The notes under the pieces are model-generated. The model had not been told where the DNA came from. It worked only from the letters and a program-made list of their open reading frames with translations, and searched no databases. From an uncultured bacterium (GTDB lineage Bacteria > Planctomycetota > UBA1135 > GCA-002686595): a DNA stretch of 64,000 nt. This document shows positions 26,621-35,498 of this stretch, piece after piece. Made by a program: the position numbers and the translations under genes. Numbering within the stretch: the first letter of the stretch is position 1; each line of letters starts with the position of its first letter. The DNA is taken from contig CALSNU010000007.1 in assembly GCA_943787795.1 (NCBI GenBank), forward strand, positions 96,001 to 160,000. Direction: 5' to 3'.

Positions 26621-26986
26621 GTGAAGGACATCCGCGCCTGGTCACTCGCTCTGGCCGTCTCCTGGTTCCTCCTGGGCCTTGGGGCTGGGCTAGCGGTTTC
26701 CCGACAGACTCCGAGCCCGAGCCCTCTGGCCGGATACGCTGATGCGCTCTCAGAGGAGTTCGAACTCTCAGGACGCCGCCGCCGCGTCCTGAATCAACTG
26801 CTCGACGAATACGACAGCCGCCAGCGGGAGATCCGCGACCGGCATCAGGTCGCCACGCTCGACGCGATGGAACCCGAGTTTCGGGCCCTCTGCGCCGAGT
26901 TCGACGACAAGATCCGAAACCGAATACTCCCCCCCGCCGCCCGCGCCCGCTACGACGCCCTCGCCCGTCCGCTGGCGGCTCGCTGA
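26621..26986 (+). CDS. Small membrane-anchored helical periplasmic protein (possibly Spy/CpxP/ZraP-like)
   Basis: N-terminal TM (WFLLGLGAG), helical body LSEEFELS...IRNRILPP..RARYD; third gene of the ECF cassette. Confidence 0.6.
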   Translation: MKDIRAWSLALAVSWFLLGLGAGLAVSRQTPSPSPLAGYADALSEEFELSGRRRRVLNQLLDEYDSRQREIRDRHQVATLDAMEPEFRALCAEFDDKIRNRILPPAARARYDALARPLAAR

Positions 26987-27011
26987 CCGCACGCCCCACC
27001 AAATCAACTGA

Positions 27012-28778
27012 ATGGCACGCTCTTGCGGAATCCGAATCGGTCCCCGAAGGTTCGAACTCGTCGTCCTGGACGGGAGTCCTAAGCGTCACAAGATCTCCGC
27101 GTACTACGCGGGTGAGTTCACCGCGGAGGAGACCACGGCATACCTGGCTGGGGACGTCTCCAAGGTGGCTGAAGTGCTGAAGGACGCGGCCGCTTCCCAC
27201 CGCGTTCCCAAGGAGAACGTGTCGTTGGTCCTCCCGGCGGATCACGCCGCGTACCGCCGGATCACCCTCCCCTTCGCTGACCGCGGGAAGATCGACCAGG
27301 TCATCAAGTTCGAGGTCGAGAACGAGCTGCCGCAGTTCGACATCGATGACGTCGTCGTGGACTACCACGTGATGTCGGAGAACGACCAGGGGGCAGAGCT
27401 CCTCGTCTCCGCCGTCCCCAAGGACTGCGTCAGCCGCGCGATCCAGGCGATGGAGAAGGCGGGCCTCGAGCCGCTCGAGGCCGAGCTTGAGAGCTCGGCC
27501 ATGGTCAACTCCGCGCTGGCCGCCGATATCAGCCACATTGACGATGCCCAGCTCTTGGTCCACGTGGGCGAGCACTCGACGTGCGTCGCTGTCGTGGCCG
27601 GCGCCGAGCTGCGTGAGATGCGCGTGATCCACATCGGCGCCATGTCCCACCTCGGCGCGGAGCTGTCCGCGGCCTCCGCCGCGGCAGAGGAGTCGGGCAG
27701 CGATGCCGATGAGGGGGCCGCGGCGGATCAAGCAGCGGCCGAGGAGACGGCGGTGGACGCCCTCGATCCCATCGAAATGAACCGGCGGATCGACCAGGCG
27801 ATCAGGCGCATTCGTCGCGAGATTGGACGCACGATCTCGGCCGCCCGGACGGCGCAGCCGATCGACGCCATCTACGCCTGTGGCATGGAACTCCCGGGGC
27901 TCATCGGGAGCACCGTGCTCGACGTCCCGGTCTATGTCCTCGATTGCTTCGAGGAGGATTCCGGGCAGCCGTCCGAGGGCTCCGGTCAGCTCGTGGCAGC
28001 CTACGGCGGCGCCTTCCGGCAGCTGGGCGGTGGTGTGATGGCGCCCTCTCTTCGGAGGGAGGAGCTGAGCTACTCCGGCGCCTGGGAGCGCCTCGAGTTC
28101 CCCATCGCGTTCGCCGCGCTGATGCTCACCACGTTCCTCGGGATGGTGAACATCGTCCAGATCCGGAAGATCGACGCCCTCAACTACACGGGCATCCTCC
28201 AGTACCTCCGGAACGTCAACGCCTTCATCGTCGGCAGCGAGGCCTCGCGCGGCCCGGCCATCCTGAACCCAGTCCCCAAGGATCTCGTCGTGAGGGCGAG
28301 GGCCTACGAGGGCAACGTGGAGTTCGGGGGCGATGTCCAGGAGCCCCTGGACGAGCTCGAGACGATCGAGCGGATGATCAACAAGAAGGTGCTCGACCTC
28401 AAACGCGAGGTCGGGGACATCCAGGAGGTTCCGCTGCCTCCGTCGGCGTTCACGGCCATGACCTGTGTCCTCGGCGTGTTGAACGGCAATGACGACTGGC
28501 GCCCTTCACTCCGCGCGCTCAAGGCGGACTACGTGAAGAAGAACAAGGACCTGCCCGAGCACACGAAGATCCGCCTGAGCGCGTCGTTCTTCGCCGATAG
28601 CGTTGCGGAGGCCAGCGATGACATCACGGCCTTCGATTCGGCGCTCCGAGAGCAGCCCTGGTGCCTTGAGGTCGAGCCGGCAACGCTGACCCCGACGGAG
28701 GGGGACCTTGGACTCAACTTCCGAGCGAAGGTTATCCTGGTGGATCCTTCGAAGCTCTTCTCATCCCGCGCCGACTGA
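27012..28778 (+). CDS. PilM/GspL-like protein (actin-like cytoplasmic domain, TM, periplasmic domain)
   Basis: GIRIG..FELVVL, RRITLPF..KIDQVIKFEVENELP.FDIDDVVVDY, LLVSAVPK, AGLEP, LLVHVGEHST; later TM FPIAFAALMLTTFLGMV. Confidence 0.7.
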   Translation: MARSCGIRIGPRRFELVVLDGSPKRHKISAYYAGEFTAEETTAYLAGDVSKVAEVLKDAAASHRVPKENVSLVLPADHAAYRRITLPFADRGKIDQVIKFEVENELPQFDIDDVVVDYHVMSENDQGAELLVSAVPKDCVSRAIQAMEKAGLEPLEAELESSAMVNSALAADISHIDDAQLLVHVGEHSTCVAVVAGAELREMRVIHIGAMSHLGAELSAASAAAEESGSDADEGAAADQAAAEETAVDALDPIEMNRRIDQAIRRIRREIGRTISAARTAQPIDAIYACGMELPGLIGSTVLDVPVYVLDCFEEDSGQPSEGSGQLVAAYGGAFRQLGGGVMAPSLRREELSYSGAWERLEFPIAFAALMLTTFLGMVNIVQIRKIDALNYTGILQYLRNVNAFIVGSEASRGPAILNPVPKDLVVRARAYEGNVEFGGDVQEPLDELETIERMINKKVLDLKREVGDIQEVPLPPSAFTAMTCVLGVLNGNDDWRPSLRALKADYVKKNKDLPEHTKIRLSASFFADSVAEASDDITAFDSALREQPWCLEVEPATLTPTEGDLGLNFRAKVILVDPSKLFSSRAD

Positions 28779-28806
28779 CGTCCCCCAGGAGAACAGGTAA
28801 CAACCC

Positions 28807-29343
28807 ATGATTCGCATCATGATCGGCCTGCTGCTCGCAGGCTCAGCGTTCCTCGGCTGGCAAGCCACACAGCAGCGTGAGACCATCGCTCGGTATGAGG
28901 CTGCCGTGGCAGAAGGAGGAGCCGCGGAGAAGCTCGCCCAACGGATCCTGCGGAGCGCCTTCAGCTACACCCAGTACAAGGAACGCAGCGCCAAGGAAGG
29001 CGTCAAGGGCGATGGAGCTGACCAGGTCAACTCCTACATCTTCGCCATCGCGGCCAACCCCAAGGTGCTGTGGGGCAACCCGAAGATTGAGAAGCCCAGG
29101 GACTCGAGCCCGCTCCCGGGCTACACAGACCTCACCTACAAGATCACGCCGGCGGAGAAGGACGCCTGGTTCGACCGAGCGAGGATCGCCAACTTCTTCT
29201 ATCTGCTCGAGTCGAGGAGCCGGAAGCTCCGGATCACGAGCATCGACCTGCGGACCGCCGATAAGAAGGTCAAGCCACACGAGGTGCCCGAGGACCGGTG
29301 GGCGGTGGACCTCTCGGTGACCATGCGCGAGCGGTCCAAGTAG
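28807..29343 (+). CDS. Hypothetical membrane-anchored protein, GspM/PilO-like
   Basis: N-terminal TM, coiled segment, C-terminal IANFFYLLES..KLRITSIDL..WAVDLSV pattern; follows GspL-like gene. Confidence 0.55.
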   Translation: MIRIMIGLLLAGSAFLGWQATQQRETIARYEAAVAEGGAAEKLAQRILRSAFSYTQYKERSAKEGVKGDGADQVNSYIFAIAANPKVLWGNPKIEKPRDSSPLPGYTDLTYKITPAEKDAWFDRARIANFFYLLESRSRKLRITSIDLRTADKKVKPHEVPEDRWAVDLSVTMRERSK

Positions 29344-29354
29344 GACGAGGACCC

Positions 29355-30890
29355 GTGGCGCTCAGCACTGCCTCGACCCTCGGTGGGTCCGGCCGCTCTC
29401 GTGCCCCTCGGCGCCACGCCGGCAGATCGAGATCTGTGGCGGCAGGTCATTCGAGCTGGCCCTCCAAGCTCGCCGTGGCTTGCTGGCTGGTGACGTCTGG
29501 ATGCGGCGGCTCCGCGCCGCAGGGTGTGGCCTCCGGCGGCACGGACTCGGAGGAGGGTCTGGAGAGGATCGCTCTCGCGGGTGGAGAGGTTCCGGAAGGG
29601 CTCCTCCGCGAGCGACCTAACCTCCTCGTGATCACCATCGACACGCTCCGCGCAGACCACCTCGGTGCGTACGGCTACATGCGGCCGACGAGCCCGCAGC
29701 TGGACGAACTGGCCGCGGAGTCGGTGCTCTTCGAGCGCGCCTTGGCCCCCGTGGCCACGACGCTTCCCAGCCACACGACGATGTTCACCGGGGTCTCTCC
29801 CCACGAGCACGGGGTGCTCGCCAACATCGCCGACGGCAAGACCTACAGGCGGCGCCCCGACCTGCAGACCCTCGCGGAGCTCTTCTCGGAGAGCGGCTAT
29901 CGCACGGACGCCGTTGTGGCGGCGTTCCCCCTCCGTCCGGAGTTCGGGCTCGACGCCGGGTTCGATGGCTACTCAGCGCCGGAGGCGAAGGCCCTTGTGG
30001 CGAAGGAGGTCACGACCGCCGCGTTGGAGGTCATGGAGCGCCAGGTGAGTCTGTCGGAGCCGGGCATGCTCTGGGTGCACTTCTTCGACCCTCACGGGCC
30101 GTACACGCCCCCGCTCAGGGTCGCGCGGGGCTTCATGATGGATGATCCCACCCGTGCGTACCTGAGGGAGCGGCGATTCGCAGAGCGCGCGCAGCGCCCC
30201 ACGGGGCAGTGGAACGAGCTAGAGAAGGGCATCGACGGCTATGACGGTGAGGTCGCGTTCGTGGACCGCCAGGTCAAGCGCTTGCTCAGCAAGGGGACGG
30301 AGCTGGGCTGGGTGAGCGACGACTGTGTGATTGCGGTGCTAGGCGACCACGGAGAGGGTCTCAATCAGCACGGCGCGCCGGGCCACGGCCAGCTCTGGGA
30401 TGAGCAGCTCCACGTGCCCTGGATGATCCGGGCCCCGGGGGTCGCGCCGCGGCGGCTTCCCGAGCCAGTGACCCTCGCTGACTTTGCTCCGACGCTGCTG
30501 CACCTCTTCGACCTGCCGGGGAAGGAGGCGCTCCTCGAGCAGGTCACCGGAGTGGATCGGTTCGCGCCGATGGTGGGGCACGCGGATCTGCGGATCCTCG
30601 CGCAGACGTCACCGCGGCAGTCGGTCGTGGATGGCATCGGCTACGCGATCCGCGCCGGCAGGTGGAAGCTACACCGAGGCGAGGATGGCGAGGTGCACCT
30701 CTTTGACCTCGACTCCGATCCGTTCGAGCTGGAGGACGTCTCCCACCGCCGCCCGGAGGTCGTGGACCGCCTCTCCAATGACCTCGAGGCCGAACTTCAG
30801 CGGCAGATCTTGGGGGTGCGGACCGAGGCCGCGAGCGAGACCACGGCCGCCGAGCTGCGAGCGCTGGGCTACGGCGGCGACGACCGTTGA
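29355..30890 (+). CDS. Sulfatase-like hydrolase (alkaline phosphatase superfamily), possible lipoprotein
   Basis: PNLLVITIDTLRADHLGAYGY, TLPSHTTMFTG, WVHFFDPHGPY, YDGEV, GDHGEGL, C-terminal LRALGY; start uncertain. Confidence 0.88.
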   Translation: MALSTASTLGGSGRSRAPRRHAGRSRSVAAGHSSWPSKLAVACWLVTSGCGGSAPQGVASGGTDSEEGLERIALAGGEVPEGLLRERPNLLVITIDTLRADHLGAYGYMRPTSPQLDELAAESVLFERALAPVATTLPSHTTMFTGVSPHEHGVLANIADGKTYRRRPDLQTLAELFSESGYRTDAVVAAFPLRPEFGLDAGFDGYSAPEAKALVAKEVTTAALEVMERQVSLSEPGMLWVHFFDPHGPYTPPLRVARGFMMDDPTRAYLRERRFAERAQRPTGQWNELEKGIDGYDGEVAFVDRQVKRLLSKGTELGWVSDDCVIAVLGDHGEGLNQHGAPGHGQLWDEQLHVPWMIRAPGVAPRRLPEPVTLADFAPTLLHLFDLPGKEALLEQVTGVDRFAPMVGHADLRILAQTSPRQSVVDGIGYAIRAGRWKLHRGEDGEVHLFDLDSDPFELEDVSHRRPEVVDRLSNDLEAELQRQILGVRTEAASETTAAELRALGYGGDDR

Positions 30891-30894
30891 CCGT

Positions 30895-31911
30895 TCAGGC
30901 AACAGCTGCGCCGATGAGTCGGTAGAGCAAGCGAGCGCCGATGATGGCGTCCCAGGAGGACCCGCCCGGGTCACCTCTGGGCCCGGGGCTCACCTCATTC
31001 AGGTCGAGGCCGACCACCCGCCGGTCGCTGGCCGCGAGCTCTTCCAGCCAGATCATGGCCTCGTCCCACCCGAGCCCGCCCGGGACTGGGGTCCCTGTGT
31101 TCGGGCAGAGCGCGGGGTCGAGGCCGTCCACGTCGAAGCTCACGAAGACGTGTTCCGGCAGGGAGGCGACGGCCTCCCGGGCCAGGGCCCGGGTGCCACT
31201 GCCGTGTCGGGCGGCGGCAAGCTCGTGACCGAAGTGCGTCCTGACGCGTGGGTCGCCCTGAATGACGTCGTGTTCCTGCTCGCACAGATCCCTGACGCCC
31301 ACCTGGAGCAGGCGGGAGATCCCGGCAGGACCGTGCAGGGCGTTGTGCATCACGGATGCGTGGGACCACTGGAAGCCTTCGTAGGAGGGGCGCAGGTCAG
31401 CGTGGGCGTCGAACTGGAGGACGGCCATGCCGGGGAAGCGGACACCGCAGGCCTCCATTGCGCCCAGCGGCGTCGAGTGATCCCCGCCCAGGATGACCGG
31501 GAGCCCACCGTGCTCCAAGCAGCGCTCGGTGAAGGCGCGGACCTCGCCGCGGACAGCGTCGCACAGGAAATCCACCCGAGCGACCGCCGGAGCGTCGCTC
31601 GCCGTCGCGCCGCCTCGCTCGATGATCGGTGCCGCGAGCTCACGGGCCTCCAGGTTCCAGTCAGTGACCCGCGCGGCCAGGGGAGCCATCCAGATCCCGC
31701 GCTCGTAGGGCTTGTCGAAGTGAAGGTCAAAGAGATCGACCTGACGGCTGGCGGCGAGGATGGCCTCGGGGGCGTGGCAGGTGCCCGCGCGGTAGGAGGT
31801 GGTCGCCTCGAAGGGCACGCCGAGCACGTGGACGTGCGCCTCCGCCGATCTGTGGGGCAGGCCGAAGAGGCCGCTATCGGCAGGCGAGGCGGCGTTGGCG
31901 TCGAAGTCCAT
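30895..31911 (-). CDS. Agmatinase/arginase family ureohydrolase
   Basis: GVPFEATTSY, LGGDHS, FDAHADLR, SHAS, SFDVDGLDP..CPNTGTPVPGG. Confidence 0.93.
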   Translation of the reverse strand: MDFDANAASPADSGLFGLPHRSAEAHVHVLGVPFEATTSYRAGTCHAPEAILAASRQVDLFDLHFDKPYERGIWMAPLAARVTDWNLEARELAAPIIERGGATASDAPAVARVDFLCDAVRGEVRAFTERCLEHGGLPVILGGDHSTPLGAMEACGVRFPGMAVLQFDAHADLRPSYEGFQWSHASVMHNALHGPAGISRLLQVGVRDLCEQEHDVIQGDPRVRTHFGHELAAARHGSGTRALAREAVASLPEHVFVSFDVDGLDPALCPNTGTPVPGGLGWDEAMIWLEELAASDRRVVGLDLNEVSPGPRGDPGGSSWDAIIGARLLYRLIGAAVA

Positions 31912-32074
31912 GGCACGATTCTGACGGATTTGGCGGAGAAACGCCCGTGCGGGGGCTTCCTGAGGGCGGAGCCTCCCGAAGAGATCAGTGGGGCGGTGTG
32001 AATACAGCGAACCGGCTCGAGTACCTCTCTTCGTGAAACCGGCACCCACCGGCTCCCAATGACCCTGTGAACCC

Positions 32075-33301
32075 ATGAGCACCGAGAACAACGAGGACGG
32101 CTGGCCCCCGTCCGGAAAGGCCCGCCGCCCCTCCGGCGGGGACAGCTTCGAGACCCCTTGGAGCAAGATGAAGTCCCGTCGAGGTGGCGGTGGCGGGGAC
32201 TCCGGTCCCCCGACCGTGGTCAAGGTGATCGTGGGGGTCACGGTGGCCCTGGTCGTTGGGGTCGTCGGTCTCGGAGTCACAGGTCGCCTCGGCGTCACCA
32301 GCGTCGAGGCCAACGAGGTCGCTGTACGGGTCAACTACCTCACCGGCGTGGAGACCGTCATCACCACGCCGGGCTACCAGTTCTTCATCCCCTTCCTCGC
32401 GGACATCTACAAGTTCGATGGGACGACGCAGGAGTACGTGATGGCTGGCAACAGCTACCGCGGGACCAACGTGGCGCCCAACCTCACCGTGCGGGCGAAG
32501 GACGGCTCCAACTTCTGGTTCGACGAGCTGAAGATCCAGTACGAGCTGATCCCGGGCGCCGCCACCGAGGTCCTGCGGGACTCCGGGCTCGGGGACAACT
32601 ACAAGGAGGAGTGGATCAAGGCCTACGCGCGCTCGATCCTGCGGGACGAGTTCGGCCTCTACAGCGCCGTTGACGCCGCGGACCCCACGACCTACAAGGC
32701 CGCTCCCGAGCAGGCTCGTCAGCGCATGAACACGATCCTCGAGCCCCACGGCGTGAGCGTGGTGCGGATCATCACTCCGAACCCTCAGTTCGACGACCGC
32801 TACGAGAACGCGATCGAGCAGCGCAAGGAGGCCGACCAGGAGGTCGAGGAGCTGCGCGCGAGGGTCCAGCAGCTCGAGCAGGAGCGCGAGCAGCGCCTCG
32901 CGGCGGTCCGCAAGGACAAGGAGGTCGAGATGCAGGAGCTGACCGGCAACCTGCGCAAGGAGCTGCTCGCCGCCGAGCAGGAGGCGATCCGCCTGACCAG
33001 GAGCGCGGACGCCTACGCCACCGAGCGCACCGCTGAGGGCCAGGCCACCGAGGCCCGGTTCATCGCCGAGGCGAGCGGCCTGACCGCGAAGTACACCAAG
33101 GAGGCCGAGGGCATCGAGAGCCGCGCCAAGGCCCTGGAACAGCGCGGCGAGGTGGTCGTACGTGAGGCGCTCGTCGAGAAGCTCCTTGGCGTGAAATTCA
33201 CCCTCGTGCCCTACAGCCGCGATCCAGCCCCTGAGCGGCTCGAGCACAGCGGCTCCAGTGGCGTCCTTGAACCGGCCAAGGCCTCCGGAGGTCAACGATG
33301 A
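32075..33301 (+). CDS. SPFH/Band 7 domain membrane protein with coiled coil
   Basis: One TM, VEANEVAVRVN..PGYQFFIP, ARSILRDEFG, long EA-rich coiled coil. Confidence 0.85.
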   Translation: MSTENNEDGWPPSGKARRPSGGDSFETPWSKMKSRRGGGGGDSGPPTVVKVIVGVTVALVVGVVGLGVTGRLGVTSVEANEVAVRVNYLTGVETVITTPGYQFFIPFLADIYKFDGTTQEYVMAGNSYRGTNVAPNLTVRAKDGSNFWFDELKIQYELIPGAATEVLRDSGLGDNYKEEWIKAYARSILRDEFGLYSAVDAADPTTYKAAPEQARQRMNTILEPHGVSVVRIITPNPQFDDRYENAIEQRKEADQEVEELRARVQQLEQEREQRLAAVRKDKEVEMQELTGNLRKELLAAEQEAIRLTRSADAYATERTAEGQATEARFIAEASGLTAKYTKEAEGIESRAKALEQRGEVVVREALVEKLLGVKFTLVPYSRDPAPERLEHSGSSGVLEPAKASGGQR

Positions 33302-34377
33302 ACCAGCTCTCCAAATTCCTCGTGGGGGCCTTCGTCCTCCTCATCCTGGCGCTGCTGGCGTCGACCACGCTCTTCGTGCGGATCCACCCCTGGGAGATCG
33401 GCGTGAAGCAGAACCTACTCGCCAAGGAGATCCTCCCCGAGGACTTCGGGACGGGCTTCGCGGTCCGGATCCCGGGCGTGCACCAGTGGCACCGGATGGA
33501 CCGGAGGACGCACTTCGTGACCTTCGCTGAGAAGGACGTGAGGACGTCACTGGGCATGAACCGGCCGGCGCTCGAGATTCGAACCAAGGACAACAACCTC
33601 GCCACCTACGACCTGTCGGTCTCCTACAAGATCATCGACGGCAGCGCGTACAAGATCGTGAGCGAGCGCCGCAAGGAGGTCTACCGCGAGCGGGTGCTCG
33701 CGACGGTCGAGGCGGTCATGCGTGAGGAGCTTGCGCAGCTCGCCTCGGAGGAGATCTTCAGCACCGAGGCTCGCCTCGCCGTGGCAGCCACCGCCCTCGA
33801 TCGGCTCCGGACCGACCTGCTCGAGTTCCACTGCCTCCCGGACCAGGTCCTGATCCGCGCCGTCCGCTTTCCGGACGGCTACGAGGCCCGTCTCCAGGAG
33901 AAGCAGCTGACCTACCAGAAGCTCGAGCTGGCGGTGTCCAAGCGGGCGGTGGAAGATCAGACGGCGATCACAGACACGAGCGCTGCGGAGATCAGCGCGG
34001 CGGAGAAGGAGCTCCGTGGCGACTGGGACAAGCGTCTGCAGACGTCGATGTCCGAGAACGCCGTGGCGATCGCCTCTATCGTGGCCGAGGCCAACATCTA
34101 CGACCAGCAAACCCGGGCCGAGGCGGACGCGCTCTACGAGACGTCCATCGCCAACGGCAACCTCGCCATCCAGAAGGCGGAGGCCCTGCGAAACGAGCTG
34201 CGCAACCAGGCGCTCGACACCAGGGGCGGCCGGATCTACCTCGCCCAGAAGGCGGCCGAGAACCTCGAGTTCGAGAGCGTCACCCTCAACAGCAACGACC
34301 CGCGGGTCCCCTCGATCATCGATCTCGGCGCGCTGACGCGCCTGCTGATCGGTGAGGACCCCGAAGACGACGAGTGA
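33298..34377 (+). CDS. SPFH/Band 7 domain membrane protein (partner of upstream SPFH gene)
   Basis: TM, RIHPWEIGVKQ, IPGVHQW, EIRTKDNN...DLSVSYKI, VLIRAVRFP; ATGA overlap. Confidence 0.85.
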   Translation: MNQLSKFLVGAFVLLILALLASTTLFVRIHPWEIGVKQNLLAKEILPEDFGTGFAVRIPGVHQWHRMDRRTHFVTFAEKDVRTSLGMNRPALEIRTKDNNLATYDLSVSYKIIDGSAYKIVSERRKEVYRERVLATVEAVMREELAQLASEEIFSTEARLAVAATALDRLRTDLLEFHCLPDQVLIRAVRFPDGYEARLQEKQLTYQKLELAVSKRAVEDQTAITDTSAAEISAAEKELRGDWDKRLQTSMSENAVAIASIVAEANIYDQQTRAEADALYETSIANGNLAIQKAEALRNELRNQALDTRGGRIYLAQKAAENLEFESVTLNSNDPRVPSIIDLGALTRLLIGEDPEDDE

Positions 34378-34382
34378 CCACA

Positions 34383-34407
34383 GGCGCGGCCCCGCCGGGG
34401 CCGCGCC
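34383..34407. terminator. Perfect 11-bp GC hairpin between convergent genes
   Basis: ggcgcggcccc-gcc-ggggccgcgcc. Confidence 0.65.
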
Positions 34408-34411
34408 ACCC

Positions 34412-34784
34412 TCAGCGGGCCGCGGCGGTGGCCTCGATCTCCACGAGGCAGCCCCCGTGGAGCGGGCCCGGTGGGCACCACGATGCGGGCGGGGCGGTGC
34501 GCCCCGAAGAACCCGGCGTAGGTCTCGTTCACCGCGCCCCACAGCTCCACGTCGCAGACGTAGATCCGCACCTGGATGATGTCCTCCAGGCGGCTCCCGG
34601 CGGCCTCCACGAGGCCCCGGACCTTGCCCAGCGCAGAGAGGGTCTGGGCCTCGATGCCCTCGGGGAAGGCGCCGTCCTCCTCGGCGGGGAGCTGGCCGGA
34701 GACGTACAGGACGCCCCCGTGCTCGACGATGGGGGAGTAATGCCCGGCGGGGGTGGGGATGTCGGGGTGCTGGATCGCTCTCAT
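34412..34784 (-). pseudogene. RidA/YjgF family protein with a 1-nt frameshift near 34463-34470 (pseudogene or sequence error)
   Basis: PAGHYS..LYVSGQLP..IEAQT..VNETYAGFF..HRPAR..VPTGP; conserved end LHGGCLVEIEATAAAR-stop (34412) lies in another frame. Confidence 0.8.
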
Positions 34785-34912
34785 GGGGTGGAGGTTAGTG
34801 GTGACAGGGCCCGGGGGCGCCCGCTATGTGGGAGGGGCCTCCAGAAGTTCTGGATTCTCCCAAGGGGCCGGCTCCGCGCTCCGTTCCCCCCGCAAGACGC
34901 CCCCTCCCGCCC

Positions 34913-35494
34913 ATGAACGAGCAAGAACCCCCGACCCCCGAGCCCGGCGACGCCGAGCTCCTCGGCCGCTGGCGCGGCGGGGACCCGTCGGGCTTCGAGC
35001 TCCTCGTGAGGCGGTACGAAGGCCCGCTCCTCCGCCACGCCCGCACCCTGCTCCGGCACGGCGGCGGCGCGGAGGACACGGTCCAGGAGGCGTTCCTGCG
35101 GCTGGCGAAGACCCCGCCGGACCTCGAGGGGCGCGAAGGCGTCCCCGGGGACCGGGAGCTCAGCGCCTGGCTGCATCGAGTCACGAGGAACCTGTGCCTG
35201 GATGTCATGCGATCAGAACAACGGAGACGCGCCCGCGAGGCGGAGCGAGCGAGCGAGGCGGACGCGGTCGAGGCGCGCGGCGTCGAGGCGCTGGATACCC
35301 GCTCCGCGGTGGAGCACTCGATCTCGAGCCTGCCGGACGACCAGCGAGAGGTGGTCAGCCTGCGGCTCCTCGAGGAGTGCAGCTACGCGGAGATCGCGTC
35401 CATCACGGGGCGCAACGTGGGCACGGTCGGCTGGCTGATCAGCGTCGGTATGAAGGCGCTCGCCCGGGACCTGAGCCCGCTCATGGAGGCCTGA
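34913..35494 (+). CDS. ECF sigma-70 factor
   Basis: FELLVRRY, AEDTVQEAFLRL, AWLHRVTRNLCLD, LPDDQREVV.LR, SYAEIA..G..VGTV. Confidence 0.9.
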   Translation: MNEQEPPTPEPGDAELLGRWRGGDPSGFELLVRRYEGPLLRHARTLLRHGGGAEDTVQEAFLRLAKTPPDLEGREGVPGDRELSAWLHRVTRNLCLDVMRSEQRRRAREAERASEADAVEARGVEALDTRSAVEHSISSLPDDQREVVSLRLLEECSYAEIASITGRNVGTVGWLISVGMKALARDLSPLMEA

Positions 35495-35498
35495 GGAG

